Shown piece after piece: positions 12,000-27,624 of a stretch of DNA of 40,807 nt; position 1 is the first letter of the stretch, and each line of letters starts with the position of its first letter. Position numbers and translations under genes: made by a program. Source of the stretch: Nemertoderma westbladi (lineage: Eukaryota > Animalia > Xenacoelomorpha); contig JAUCBJ010006217.1 of NCBI GenBank assembly GCA_032718475.1, positions 1 to 40,807 of the forward strand. Reading direction: 5' to 3'. The notes under the pieces were generated by a model. That model worked only from the letters and a program-made list of their open reading frames with translations. It did not search any database and was not told where the DNA came from.

Positions 12000-13181
12000 C
12001 TAGTGTTAAATATATAAGAAGAAATACAATGATTATATTTGTTTACCCAAACTACTAGTAGTACAAGTCAAGGACACAACACACATAGTTCAAACAGTAG
12101 AATTAATATAAATAGTAGAAATTCGCGAAATGCAAAAGTTAATAGGGCAATCTTTGAATCTCAGAGCCATTGTATATTTTGGGTATATTTGTTTATTATT
12201 TTGGTTAGGATTAGTTGGTCAAGCCTTAACCGTAATTAAAACTGTCATATAACCCTAACCCTAAGTCATAATCTAAGAAATTTAGTGGAATTTATTGCCA
12301 TAAGGCCGTTAGCCAATGAGGAGAGCTTATTAAAGGAACAGCCAATTAGAAGCCCAGAAATACTCCCATAGGCACCCCAATTGGAAATATGCGCACTGGT
12401 TTCAGTTTCATTTCTACGCCTAAGTCATTGATTGATGACGTTTATTTATTGATTAAATTACTTTTGATTAAACTCCAGAATTGTAATACTGTACTGTAAT
12501 TACAATTACTTGTAGGCCTACTGAAATAAAGCAACAAGTTCCTTTTAAAGTAATTTCATCTCAAGGAGGTCTGGCCTACTCTGCTACCCGTTTCATAAAT
12601 TTCTGTTTCAGATCGTAAGGTTTTTTTCCAATTTGTAAATATTTTTAACTTGATAAATTTTTAAGACAAATTACAAATATAGGCCTATTAACTATTAAGT
12701 AATGTATTACACCACGTCAACATATCAGCGCTCAGTGATTTATATTCATCACGTTGCGAAATACCGCAATATCCATGTAACTGGACTATTTACGCATAGG
12801 CGGATATTCTTAGATTTGCCATTGGCTATCATTGCCAGTACAATTGGATTGGCGTATTAAACTAAACTAGGCCTAAAGAAATATCTTACCGGTATCTTAT
12901 CTTATCTTAATAAATATCTTATTCTATTAACATCCATAGATTGTATAAATTATTTATCCTGCTTAAATTACTTAATAATAAATCAATATATATTTAATAC
13001 TACTTTAACTATAATTACGCGTTCTGCCCATAGTAGTTTTATTTGTAAATTTACTTTGAATGCGCAATGCGCATACGGACATAAACTCTTTTTATTAATA
13101 TACGTGGCAAGACCCTCTTCCCAGCTGTTCCCTCCAGCCCCCTGGAGGCTCAGCATGAAATATCTTATGATATATATTTAC

Positions 13182-14105
13182 CTTTAGGGGTTTCATTTCA
13201 TCCGAAGTATCTTTGAGATGCTGTCGGAAAGTTGTTAACTCCACTTTCAATTTGGGGTGCAGATCTGTTAGCTTTCCGAATAGGAAGCCCTGGATATCAG
13301 CCACATTATCGACATCATCTCCGTTATCACTACCGGCTGTTTCATCTATCACTTTATATTCCGTTGATTTTAGAGCCAATTCTACGCCGAAACCACTCAA
13401 CCTTACGGGAACCGCACGCACATCGAGATCACTCACGTAATGACGCACCAGGTAAACTATTCGGCCTTCTTCAGCCAAATTAATTAAATACGTGTAAAGT
13501 TGGTTGAAAGCTTTGGTCGCCAATTCGCCATAGTGTATGACCAGAGGTAAAGAATTGCGTGAAAAGTTATTATTAATCGGATAAGTATGATCAAAAGAAA
13601 ACACCGTGGATTTAAGTTGAGTAAAGGTTGACTTAGAAGGTTCTTTTAATTTCCGCAGTTCTAATTCGACTTCGTTCACAGAACACAGAGTTTCATTATT
13701 TATAATAACGAAGGAATTGCACGGGGGAATAGTGGGAATATTCTCGACCAACTGGTAATGAAGTTGAACAGCAGGAGAATAAGCCCTTAACGATAAGGCG
13801 AATCGGAGTAAAGGTATTTGCAAGTCTTTGAGGGCCCCAGATATTAATGATAATTCAAGTACTTTGTTATAATAATCTAGGTCGGTATAGTCCGCATCAA
13901 ACTCAAAAGAAGAAACGCTCCGCAAAAAACGCCAAAAGCCACTTTCGTCATTTACTCTGGCAATAAACTCGCTGGTTTCAAGAAGTAATGGAGTATTACC
14001 CCAGTTGGATTCGAGAATTGTATTTACAGGTTTCGCTTGAGAACCGTAAACATGTTCTTGTGACACTATAGACATAAGGATGAAACTCCGCAAAAATAAG
14101 TACAT
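13182..14105 (-). CDS. UGGT: UGGT coding exon 1 (signal peptide and N-terminal domain)
   Basis: Hydrophobic N-terminus MYLFLRSFILMSIVS, then W..TPLLLETSEF, LSLRAYSPAVQ, VRLSGFGVELALKSTEYK, IQGFLFGKL. Donor GTAAAT at 13181. An alternative ATG lies at 14150. Confidence 0.9.
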
Positions 14106-16043
14106 TGCTCGAGATGTTGAGGTGCTGAAGGTGAACGGCGATAATGCCATGATGAACCAAACCAACAACTGAAGAAACCCTAATCTTCAGTTGATAAACC
14201 GGCCACTCTTCCCGTACCGCCGTACGACCAGCCTTATACTGTTATATCGGTAGACGGTAGCAGAGAGGCCGAGCCGAGGCCTATCTCTGTATCTAGAACA
14301 GTAATAGCAGAATAGAAATTAATAGGCCTAATACTGTAATAGATCACCACCACCACCACCAGGTGTAGGCCTAAATAGGCCTACACTACAGAAATATTTT
14401 TATAACTATTTACATAGGCCTAGGGTACTTGTGTGTAAAGTAGCACTTTACATGGTGATGATCAGATCTGAGTGATTTGTTACACGAACGAACGTTAGTG
14501 AGTGAGTGAGTGAAAATAAAGCCACGAGGATTAGAACACTATAAAGTACTTTGTAACAAGTATGTATGTAGTTTTATTCCAAAATTGTAACATTCTGACA
14601 TTACGAAATGATTGTATATATATTATAATACAGTAATAAGTGATAGAAACTGCACAAATTAAATTAGTTGCTGTGTAAATAAATGTAAAAATAACATAAA
14701 TGTAACGCTGTAAGCATATCTGGCTGTCAGGCAATTAATCATCAATGCCACCTATTGTTTACGTGGTAAGTGGTAACCAATGACGCCGTAACTTTACAGC
14801 TCGCCGTCATTCAGTCATTGGCAATTGGTTACCACACAGCCACATACTGACTGAGACTGACTGACATAACAGCATACTAACGGCTGAACGGCGTTGAGTA
14901 CAGGAGTACAGGAGTAGTTACAATTTTGGAATAATAATTATTTCGGTATTTATTGACAAAATGACCAAAAAAACAAAATAACTGCTGACAAAATGACCAA
15001 AAAAACAAAATAACTGCTGAACTGTAAAATAACACCATAGATCTCAATTGTCCAACAACACTCAGTCAGACACGATATCGAAAGCATGTAACTGTGTAAC
15101 ATAGGCATAAATTAATTAATTACCGGACCGGGGAATATCAAACACAAACAACAATAACCTACAGGTTGGCAGTTGGGCGTGGGCGCGGCAGTTAGACTCA
15201 TCTGCTAATGGCTGAATCTGTGAATGGCAAATGGAAAGAAGACAATTGAGATAGTATTCTGTGATCTGTATCGTATGCCATGCACTGATGCAGTATAAAC
15301 GTAAATTGCACTTTATTGCTTGTTTTGTTCAGTTGTTAGGCCTCCGTACCGTACAGCCGTACTGTAGTACTGCTGGTTCTTTTTCAGATGTGCAATTGTG
15401 CAACAGTATTACTGCTGTACTGTAATACCAGACCAGTCAGCCAATTCTCTTACAGTCTGGCAGTACAGCAGACCTGCAGTATAAAGGTATAAAGCAATAT
15501 GAAGTGAAATAAGTAGGCCTAATACAATCTGACAATAGGTACTGCATACTGCCGTACTGGGAGACTATTATTGCGAGCGAAGAAGGTGTCTCCTTGAAAT
15601 ACACCACCCAACCGCACAACCGCTCAATAACAAATCAATGGGAAGCATCAGCACTGCGACGTTACGACTTGTGATTGGTTGAGTAATTTGTACTGTATTG
15701 TACTACCACTCTCCATAACATATATAATTAAATTGTATATTGATACTTGATAGACACTTAAATGTAAATAAACAGTAAAAGTAGCAGATATTAGTTGTGT
15801 TTGTGTATAGGAGGGAAAAGACCGCCAATGACATGCAGAAGCAATTAGACCTACTAATGTTGGTCCCAAAGTGAAAAATATTATAAAATATTATCATATT
15901 TAAAATAATTTCCAAAAATAAAAATGGCGGAAAGCACTGTTTTTAAAACAATAGAAAGTTTGACTTTTCTATAGGTAGTGTGTATTTGGCAAGACATAAT
16001 TAATAATATTTATATTATAAAATGACTAAAATCAACACTCTTA

Positions 16044-18297
16044 TAGATTTATTTATACATTATGTAAAAACAATAACAAATACACCAAACAATGTACCGG
16101 TATAAAGGTATTGTCCAACATAACATATAGGATTACCCCTAAAGCTTTGCAGCTTATTTCCAAGGGGGTCCTTTATGTTACTTGGTTACAAATACAATAT
16201 TACACTACGCTAACCTAAAACCAATATAAAACGTAATTACACTATGTACATGTACAACTTTACCGAGAGCGTGACAATGCCCGACTCAACGATAAAGATG
16301 TACAGTAATGTACAGAACAATTTATTATAAAACGTAATTACAGTATAAATAGTAAATAATTAATAAACTAATAACTTACTGTAGGACTATTGTACCTATT
16401 TTTACATTGCACACGGAGGTGAGATTTAACTGCAGATTTAAAAGAATGTTGATTATTTATGTTTTTAATTTCATTAGGCAGAGCGTTCCAATTTTTTATG
16501 CCGTTAAAAAAGAAAGTATCAGATTCAAAGGATTTACAATTCGGGAGGTAGAAGTTTGAAGCACTAGCTCTGGTACTGTAAGAGTGTGTATCGCGTACTC
16601 TGTTGAATTTTTGTTTTAGGTAATTGGGACATTTACCATTATACACTTTATGCACATGGTTAAGGCGTAGCTGCTTAACTCTACTATCTAAGTTAAGTAG
16701 TCCAGATTCAGAAAAGTCATCTGGAGTTAGGTGGTGCCTAGGTTTGTAGTCTTTAATAAATCGTACTACTTTATTCTGAGCTACTTGTAATTTACATTTA
16801 AGCTGTTTGGTTAAGCCTTCATACCAAGAAGAGCATGCATAGTCCATGTGACACTGTATTAAAGAAGAGCAAAGTAACTTGCGGGAGTCGGTGTTCAAAC
16901 TATTTTTATTTCTGTATAGAAACCTAAGCCTACTGTTAACTTTCGAGAAAATATTTTTCACTGTACTTTCTCCTGATAAGCAGTTATCCAATGTGGCGCC
17001 TAAATATTTAACTTCCTTTTTATTTTCAATCTTATGTCCATTACTAGTGACTTCAAACTTAGTTACCTTCTTTAACTTTCTTTTGGAACCAAACAAAATA
17101 CTTTCAGTTTTACCGTAGTGAATGGATAGCTTATTATCAACCAACCACTCATTACAGGATTCTAGAACTGCACTTAACTTTTGGGAAATATGGATAGGAT
17201 CTTTATGAGAGAAAATAAGAGCACTGTCGTCGGCATAAAAAATGAGTTTAAAATCGGGATCTATACTACTTATCATATCATTTACATAGCATACAAAAAG
17301 CAGAGAACCTAATATACTACCTTGCGGTACCCCACAGGTAATCTCTTGTACAGTAGACTGCGATTTGCTAATGACTACAGTTTGACCTCTGTCTGACAGG
17401 TAGGACTTGAACCAGTCTATAGAACCTACACCCATCAGGCCTAACTTACCAAGCAGAATTTCGTGATCTACAGTATCGAAAGCCTTTTGTAGGTCCAACA
17501 TTACCATACCAGTATATAAACCCTTTGCGTTATTACATCTAATTGTATCAGTTAAGTTAATAAGGCAGGTGTCTGTAGAATATGATTTACGAAAACCGGA
17601 CTGAAGTTCATAGATCAGATTTAGCCTACTAAGATGTGCCTCCAGCTGTAGAAAAACAGAACGTTCTAGAATTTTAGATACAATACTTAAGATACTAACA
17701 GGTCTGTAATTACAGGGTTCTACTTTACTATTCTTTTTATACAGAGGAACAACCTTAGCTAATTTCAGTTCGTCTGGTACTACATTATCTACGATAGAGT
17801 AATTAATAATAAAAGTAATAGGCACTTTAAGTACTTGAGCACCATCCTTAAGAAAACGGGCAGGTATTAGATCTAGACCGGTACTTTTTGAGGCTGATAG
17901 GCTAAGTAGATTTTTAAAAACGAAATCCTCAGAAACGGGTTTTAAAAATAACTTTTCTGAATTTTGTAACTTTTCTAAATAAAAATTATTTAGAGTTTCG
18001 GACCCTATACTATATTTATTACTTGATAACGGTAACTTCTTAACTAAATTAGAGGCAACATTAGTAAAATAATTATTAAATAAATTACTAACTAGAGTAT
18101 GATCATGAATCAGCTCACCGTTATCTTGCAGAACAATATTCGATTTAGATTTAAGGTTTTTATAACCTAAAGATTTTAGGGTAGACCATAGACTTTTTGG
18201 ATTATCTTTATTCTCACTTATTTTGTTGTACAAATATTCAGATTTAGCTTTTTTTATTTCCCGTTGGACAAGGTTTCTACAATGCGTAAATGCTTCT
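16044..18297 (-). mobile_element. 5'-truncated CR1/L2-group (Crack/Daphne-like) LINE; RT ORF at 16368-18233
   Basis: [43 protein letters not shown]. Hairpin in the 3' UTR and an AATAAAT-type tail near 16045. No endonuclease domain. Confidence 0.9.
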
Positions 18298-20020
18298 TAA
18301 ATGCGTAAATTGATAGGCCTACTGTAGTTCGCTTGGCCTGCCTGCCTGCAGTGGTCGTGTGGGTGTATGAAAAGAAAGTCACCTTTTAAATAAACTAAAG
18401 TAAAGCTGCGCCCGACATGGACGACTTTGAACGAAAGACTTTTCAAAGTCAAAGTACTGTAAAATCACATCGAAATCTTTACGTCTATACGAAATCTTAA
18501 ACCATTCATTTGTGAACTCAAGTTATTGTGAGTTGAGGTTGATGTGTGTTTTAGAAATAACAGGATTAGCGATTAGCATTTTAGGCGTACTTTGTAGATC
18601 AGTTTATTGTTTAATTTTTGAAAATACAAGGTTGTTTCTAGGCCAGAATTTCATGGCGAATTTTTTTTAAACAAATCATCCTTATATCCATTCGACCCCA
18701 TGAGAAGGGTGCTATGCAATTTAAGATTCATGTAATATTGTTGGACATACCACACCAACCAGGGATGGCATGGCCACCCCACTGTAAAAGCTTTTGCGGA
18801 CATACAAATCATTTTTACGCAATGCGCTGAATACTCTAAAATAGCCCTAAATTTATCCAACTACGCGACGGGAAGGAATTAGAACCAAGATGACGACATC
18901 TGTCAGCTGATTCTTTGTGGACGTGGAGGTTCTTTGTTCTGTCTTGTTCAGCCAATCAGAGCAATTTTCACTTTATGTCTAACAGAAACCTATGGAAACT
19001 CGCGCAATGCATTACGGTCTTTGTTTACTATTTTCTGAGCATCAGAACCAACTCAGAATTTTCTGTGCTTCTGTGCGGAAGTTTCAGACTTTGGCCTAGG
19101 AACATCAGATGGCCTTGATTATAAGAACGTAAATCTATTAACTCTATTTACTATTAAACACCATTGAACATTTACTTTACTATTTTCTGATAACACATAC
19201 TGACTGCTCACCGCATTATTTTACTTCTGTTTATAGTATTAATTGTTGTTATATTAATGGATACTGATGTTATATTTGGAGAATACCGATAAATAATCAT
19301 AAACCCCCCAATCTTATTGATTACTGAGGTAAGAGGAATAGAGTTTACCGGTAGCAACTGCGACTTAAATTATAGTGGTTTTGTGTGAATTAAATGCTAT
19401 TTCATAATCCCTACGTGTGTCAGTTGCGATCCTCCTTATATATGATCAAATTCAGTGACGGTCGGCAGATTAGTGCGAACTAGTGTGAAGTAGTGTGAAG
19501 TCGTGTGAAGTAGTGTGAAGGTTAATAAAGCATCTCCTAAAGAATGCGCTATTTACGAAACTCTGTGGCCATCTAGTTGTGATTAGTATAAGTCATAACT
19601 CTGTTTTTATACTTAAAGCGCCACGTCCTAAAGGAACTGTGAATATTTCCCCGAAAGTAAATATATTTGTCAGAGATTATATAGTAGCGATCAATCGAAT
19701 AATACAGTAGGTCTACACTGCAATAACTCTCAAGGAATCCGAATCCAGTCTCCCACACCGTGGGTCATACGCCGCGCACGGACTGGCTTCGGCTGATGTA
19801 ACTTCAGTACACTAGGTAATTGGTAAAGGCTAAAGTCGATTTATAAACAAGAGGACAACTAAAATTGGCAGGTTAAACTGCTAAAGGTCTAAAAGCGCGA
19901 ACACCCACCTTCATTATAAAACAAACGCGAAATCGAGCAAAGGTCCGGGTCTTCTAACGTATGAATTGTCTCCTTTAATGGCTCACTAGGGGGTACCAAT
20001 TTTACTATCCAAAAAATTCA

Positions 20021-20085
20021 CCGGGAAGAGGGATTGAACTCGGTACCTAGCGATTCCAAATCCCGTGCTCTACCAACTTCGTCAT
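20021..20085 (-). mobile_element. tRNA-derived SINE head or tRNA pseudogene
   Basis: Minus strand reads TGACGAAGTTGGTAGAGC (A-box-like) ... GAGTTCAATCC (B-box-like) at tRNA spacing. No clean cloverleaf. Confidence 0.5.
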
Positions 20086-20579
20086 TGCGCCGTATAAAGC
20101 CTTATAAAACCAAAACCCAACTGGAAATTAACAACACCACCAACAAAAATAACAACAACAACAACGGAGTGTATATGGTCTCGCTGCAAAGCAATATAAA
20201 AATAAAAGAGCATTGAATACCCATAATAATAAATACCATTCAGGTAATGTAAAGGACAAGGTGCATATACCCATACGTCTAATGGAGGAGAAAATGTAGA
20301 GATCAACTTAAATAATATGACAGAGTTTGAAAATTGGAAACAGACGTTTGAAATTAACACAAAGTCGTAGCAATAAATATTAGTTTAATCGGTTATATAT
20401 AATATTCTTAATTCAAAACTTAAATACTAGCGGTGAATGTGTTAACGCCATCTAGCGGCCGATGCTGATGTTTTGGGTTTCTGACCTTACCTAATAATTA
20501 ATTGAACAGGTTATTCAAAACCAATGAAGTGTTTCAAAAGTTATTAAGCCTAGACTAAGTGATATTTAGCCTCCTAGAT

Positions 20580-20822
20580 GCGGACCCTTTAAATGGACGA
20601 CGCCAAAATTCTGAAAACTTTCTAAACTTTGATATACTTACTACTTGTGTACCACGTTTGGTTTTAATTTCATCCCAAAGATTCGCTGAATTACTGTATT
20701 AGCATTCAAAGATTAGACGGACCGACTGACCAACCGCCTGGCAGACCGACAGATAGACGCGACGCGAAGTGGAGTTTGGTACCCGTATTTTAAGCTCGCT
20801 CATTTTCGTGGCGCGCCCCACA
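20580..20822 (+). mobile_element. 3' portion of a Helentron-like (HINE) element
   Basis: GAC-rich microsatellite-like tract at ~20716-20765, then TTCGTGGCGCGCCCCACA, matching the ends at 24735 and 25655. Confidence 0.55.
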
Positions 20823-21204
20823 GTTTTAGTAAATGTTGCCGGGTAGTGCCTCTGGTTGTTTTAAGGGCTTCCGAAATAGTGACTCTAGTATTTTCAAGGC
20901 CCTTAAAAATAGTCCTTAAAATTACTAGAATCACTATTTCATGTCGCCATATCAGCAATATGGCCTTTTGAAATCAGCTGATGGCGTTGCTAGGTACCCA
21001 GTTTAAAACCAATCAGGAAATAGTGATTCTAGTAATTTTAACGGTTCAGTCCGGGACCTGACAATACGGGGAGACCAAGATACGACGTTACTAAGTCTCA
21101 ACTTGAATACCTCAAAGAGGCGGGATTTAACTGGACTCAGATTGCTGCGATATTTGGAGTGAGTCGATCAACTATTATGGATTATGTGATTATGAGTATT
21201 ATGT

Positions 21205-22723
21205 GTTCCCCCTGAGGTCTTTAAAATACCTGAGTGTTTAAAGCTCATCTATCCCATCATAGTAGACATGTACCGAACAACAGGAGTCCCACAAGAAATG
21301 AAAACAAATAAGTTGGTGCCAGTTCCCAAGAAGGGCAACCTAACACTCTATGGTTCTTTTCGGGGAATCTCATTGATCTCGATTGCTGCAAAGCTATACA
21401 ATAGGATTCTATTAAATCGCATCAGGGATCCCATTGAGAGACTGCTCCGTGGAAATCAGAATGGGTTCCGTAAAGGTCGTGGGACCATGGAGCCCATTTT
21501 GGCACTTAGAAGGATAATTGAAGAGTTATCAAAAAAGAAAGACAGGCATCTGGCTGTTATCTTTGTTGACTTCTTCAAGGCCTTTGATTCAGTCTCTCGC
21601 TCACGTATGTTCAGCATACTTTCATTATATGGGATTCCTGATGAAATTATTGCAGCAATCAGATCAGTATACGATGGTTCGACAACATTTGTGTCTACTG
21701 TTGAAGGTGACACAGAACCATTTGAAGTGTTATGGGGCGTCCTCCAAGGAGACACACTTGCACCATTCTTGTTCATTATTTTGGTTGACTATGTTCTACG
21801 CATGTCCTTAGATCATTATAATGATGATGGGGTGATGATAACTCCACCTACTGGCTCCAGAAGTCGAGGAAATCCTGCCAAGTACCTAACTGATCTAGAC
21901 TTTGCTGCTGACTTAGGAGTACTCTCAGAATCATTAGAGGGAGCCCAACGGCTCCTCAGCTCATTAGAACATGCTGCTTCTAGTGTTGGTCTTTTTATTA
22001 GCTCCAGAAAGACCAAAATTCTGACAGTTAACTTTGAAAGTCCTCAGCAAGTCTCTGATCGGATGAGCATAAGCTCAAAGGATGGTATGCTTGATCATGT
22101 GGACGACTTCTGTTACCTGGGATCATGGATCCGGAAGTCAGGTGAGGTCCTTCGAATACGTAAGGGAAAGGCATGGGCAGCCTTGAATAGGCTTTCCAGG
22201 ATTTGGAAGTCACCGAGAATTAATCGGAAACTTAAGGTCCGATTATTTAGAGCAGCAGTAGTTCCAGTACTCCTCTACGGGAGTCCATGCTGGGCTCTAA
22301 CTGCTGAGGACACCAAATCTCTGGATGGCACATTCACAAGAATGCTACGCCGGGTACATTGTGTCAAGTACAATGCACACATCTCCAACCAGACACTATA
22401 TAACATTGGAGGTGTCTCATTGGTTCCCCCAAGCTTGACACTAGAACAAAATCGCCTCCGCTTTGCAGGACATTGCTTTCGCCGTGAGGACCAGCCAGTG
22501 CATAATCTTGTACTTTGGCAGCCTCATGGAGTGAATAAGCATGGTGGACAGCCCATGACTTTCTTGAGACGCATCTTAAAGGACACTGGCCTTAAAGATG
22601 CGGATGATCTAGCAAATGTCATGGGTGATAGGGAGTTGTGGCGGTGCAATTTTGTTGACAAGCCGGCACAGCATTCTTAAAAATGCAGCTGCAATGCAGC
22701 ATGCCGATCCTAGTAGTAGTAGT
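21205..22723 (+). mobile_element. 5'-truncated RTE-clade LINE; RT ORF at 21268-22680
   Basis: FRGISLIS, QNGFRKGR, FVDFFKAFDSV, GVLQGDTLAPFLF, FCYLGS, RLRFAGHC. (TAG)n tail at 22711-22723. The catalytic FADD reads FAAD. Confidence 0.9.
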
Positions 22724-23348
22724 CTTCAATTAGGTTTGGGAGTTCGAAACGGTTTGGGAATTCGAGTTTGGGAGTTTTTCATTGTGAAATAACTAAAACT
22801 GAAGTGAAATAGCAAAATAGGTAATATAGGTATTATATATGATATTATGTTATGTGTTATGATATTATATATTTTCTAGAATATTAAATGTTGATGGAAT
22901 TTTAAAATTTCAATGTTGATGGAAACCGAAAGTTCATGATTGTTTACAATTGAATTTTTTCGCTAATTCGACTGTACTCGACTGTACGGTGGGATTGATG
23001 GATTTTCCTGTCTGATTACATACCTTTATCCATCGGGTAACAACTGTGCTGCAACTGTTTTGCCATTATTGGAGGAAGATGTTAGGAAATACGGCCTCCC
23101 TTCAAGGGTGAGAGGAGATAAGGGAGGGGAAAATAGACTGGTCGCCGAATATATGATAAGTCATCGAGGCACAAAACGAGGAAGCTTTATTGCAGGTAAA
23201 AGTACTCACAATCAAAGGATAGAACGCTTATGGAGAGATGTATTCCGTACTGTTGTTATTGTTTATTATGAGCTGTTTTTTTGGCTAGAAGACAACTCCC
23301 ATTTAGAAACCCCCTCTGTCGATGATATATATTGTTTGTATATTACTT

Positions 23349-24735
<1,387 letters not shown>

Positions 24736-25654
24736 GAAACAAATAAACGAGGCTCTAGAAAAATTTGTAATTGGTTGCAATGCGCATGGGTTACGCACGG
24801 AACGCTACTGGACCCCCCAGAAGATTTTCATCAATAGCCGATTAACATCGACTTGTGACATCGACAACGTACCAGATGAGCTGAACAATATTAACCTAGA
24901 TAATTACGGAGTAGATTGGTCAGGTCCGATTGTTGAGGATCAAGTGACAGTTGTTGATGTTACCAATATTGAACGTCCTATATCCGAAGAATCTGAAAGA
25001 CAGTTTACTCAGTGAAATCAATCACCGATTTGGGTCTGATAATTCAGATAATAAATACGGTGTTGACTGCTATTTATATTGCAAGCAATTTGTATTTAAT
25101 TATCAAGAATAACGATACTAGTTATTTTTTGTATCGATTTTTAGTTTATAATAATTTTATATTATTTCCAGCTATTTCGCAACCAATTTTCTGCTATTAC
25201 CTCATGGGACGGACGGGTATAAATGTAAGTAAGAGGGACGCGGCAAACTTCTCCCTCAATAATGTTTCGACCAAGTCAAACCTTCGCCCGTGAAATAATT
25301 ATAATTTATATATAATGTAATAGAACAATATGATAATGCCCTCCGTAGCGAAAAATGTCAACCGACCCTATTGGGGCTTGAACGCGGTAGCGTATTCCCA
25401 ATCCTTACACGACTAGGAACATCTCTTGCATTAACACCTGGGATTGGTTAATAAGCTATTATTTGATTGGACGTTGAAATCATGCAAGGAATGGGGAGAG
25501 GGGTCGAACTAGTGTAAGGCTTTTATACTTAGTTGGCAGGTAGAAAGTGTTTCAAACGCTGTAAGGAATGGAGAAATTGGGTGAAATCATGTAAGGGTTA
25601 TCTACCTATTAAACTGTTCATTGTCAGGTGACAGTAAAAAAATACGAATAGCAG

Positions 25655-27212
25655 TTGTGGGGCGAGCCACGAAGTGAGTGAGCCTTAGCGTAGTGGTACC
25701 ATTAATCAACCTGTCGTTCTGTCGTTCTGTCGTTCTGTCGTGTTCAATTTTAAACGTTAATAACTCGGCCAATCTTTGATGAAATCTATCCAAACTTGGT
25801 ACACATGTTGTTTGGCAAAAGTTTAGAAATTTTCCAAGTAGAATTTCCGTGTGGCCTTCGAGAAGCTAAGATAATAGCAGTTAATTAGTTAATTAAGTTG
25901 ATTGCGGTGAAAACGCCATTTTCAACCTGCCTTTTAAAGGAAATTAATTGTTTTACAGTATAAGATTTAAATAATTATACTTAAAAATTATACAGATATA
26001 ATCCCCATACGCCATTCTATTATAGTTTTTAATTAGTTTAAGTGATTTGCTTTAATAAATGTGTCTTTAATTGATCTAAACGTAATTAAACCGCACAATT
26101 ATTGAGTACAAATTTAATCCTTCCCATTATTGGTCAAGTCTCTGCTGGTGTGGAGCTAGCTGCTGGGAGTTGTGGCTGTAGACTAACCTGAGAGGAATTG
26201 TAATAGAGGCAACCAGTATTGCTATTCCAGCCCAATCACTGAATTGTGTTTATTATAGGCTGGACGGGCCGCATAACCGTTCGACTATTACTACTATTGC
26301 TATCTCAGTTAAATGACAGATATAATAACATAAATACAATCCATGGCATGGCTGTTGTAGGCTTCTGAAATAGTTTATTCCACAATGTATATATGTCTGG
26401 TTATTTTTTAATTGAATTTTTGCAAAGTAGTAAAATTAATGTTCTTAAAAATAATATTATTATTTTATATGTAACCTAGGAAATTAGCTACATTTTTTCG
26501 CTGCAGCTTTAAGAGTGTACATTGATTTAATATTATTTCAATACCCATATTACTACATCGGCATAAGATGCGTTGGCGTTGTATCACACATCTCCACATA
26601 TCACACATCTCCACATAGATGTATCAACAGTTACTCGCACAGTTTCGAAACTTCGCATAGTTATAACTGTATAAAGATCGTCAGTCTGCGTTTAGGAAAA
26701 ATATTTTATGACAAAACAGGACAAGCGACGAGCGCAACGAGGCATATAATGAAGACGAGTACTGCGTTGACTAAATTATTATATAAACTACCTGGCTTCA
26801 CATATTGATCGCATCCCTAGTTATTATTATTATAAAGATCGTCCTAGCTTGCGTTTAAGAAATATATTTAAATACAAAACAGGACGAACGCAAAGAGGCT
26901 TATAATGAAAACGAGTACTGCGTTTATTATATTCCTATAAACCACCTGGCTTTGCATATTTAACGTGCGATTGGAAATAAGTTCGTGCTACCCTTCCGTG
27001 GGTGGTAGATGTCGCGGTTATGTATTGGTGGTTGGGAAGGGTGGGGGGGGGGGGGGGAGATTAAAAGGGGTGAACACGTACTGTCCACCTTTCTTTGATT
27101 GATTGGTGGTGTGGGTAAATTTCTCAAAACCTGATTTTGTGATACAGTCGCTGCATTTTAATTTGTATATAATAACTAGGCCTCGTGCTGCGCGAAGTCC
27201 CCACGAACGTGT
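25655..27212 (-). mobile_element. Second Helentron-like (HINE) element, inverted
   Basis: Ends match 23349-24735: ACACG..GTGGGGACTTCGCGCAGCACG and CGCTAAGGCTC..CTTCGTGGCTCGCCCCACAA. (CTGTCGTT)n at ~25712-25740 and a ~160-bp tandem duplication at 26670/26831. Confidence 0.65.
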
Positions 27213-27624
27213 TACTGTATATTTAGAGTGGAAATAATGTTGTATAAGGAATCGTTTTACACACCATTTTCTCCTTGATTTTTCCGATCGAATAGATTAT
27301 AATAATACAGTAGTTTTATTGGTAGTATTAAATATTGAAATTCATTCATTTTAAATTGATATTTAAAAACATTTTCACAATTTGTAAACATAAAAGAGCT
27401 CCAATGAAATAAACTCTTAATTTTTGTAATGTCCTTTAGCATTTGTTCGATTTGCATTTACGTTTCTAGAGTGTTTTTTTTTAGCGCGTCAAGTTTTATC
27501 AGCACTGCATGAGGTTGGCCAGCGACGCTGCACGCATCCGTTTGCTTCTTAATGTAAGAGCTACTCGTCCTCGCGCTAGTGCAGTTTGATGTACACGAAT
27601 AGCAGACCGACTATTCCTAAGCAA

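Noticed and set aside
12251-12265. Telomeric repeat (TAACCC)2
   Set aside because: Only two units, internal to an intron, and common in dispersed repeats.
8688-14168. Three separate genes with the ORF-track termini
   Set aside because: They are exons of one UGGT gene. The ORF tails run into introns, and the short overlapping ORFs are alternative-frame artefacts.
19268-19806. Solo LTR (TGTTATAT start, TATA, AATAAA, TAGTGTGAAG repeats)
   Set aside because: No matching inverted end or TSD could be identified.
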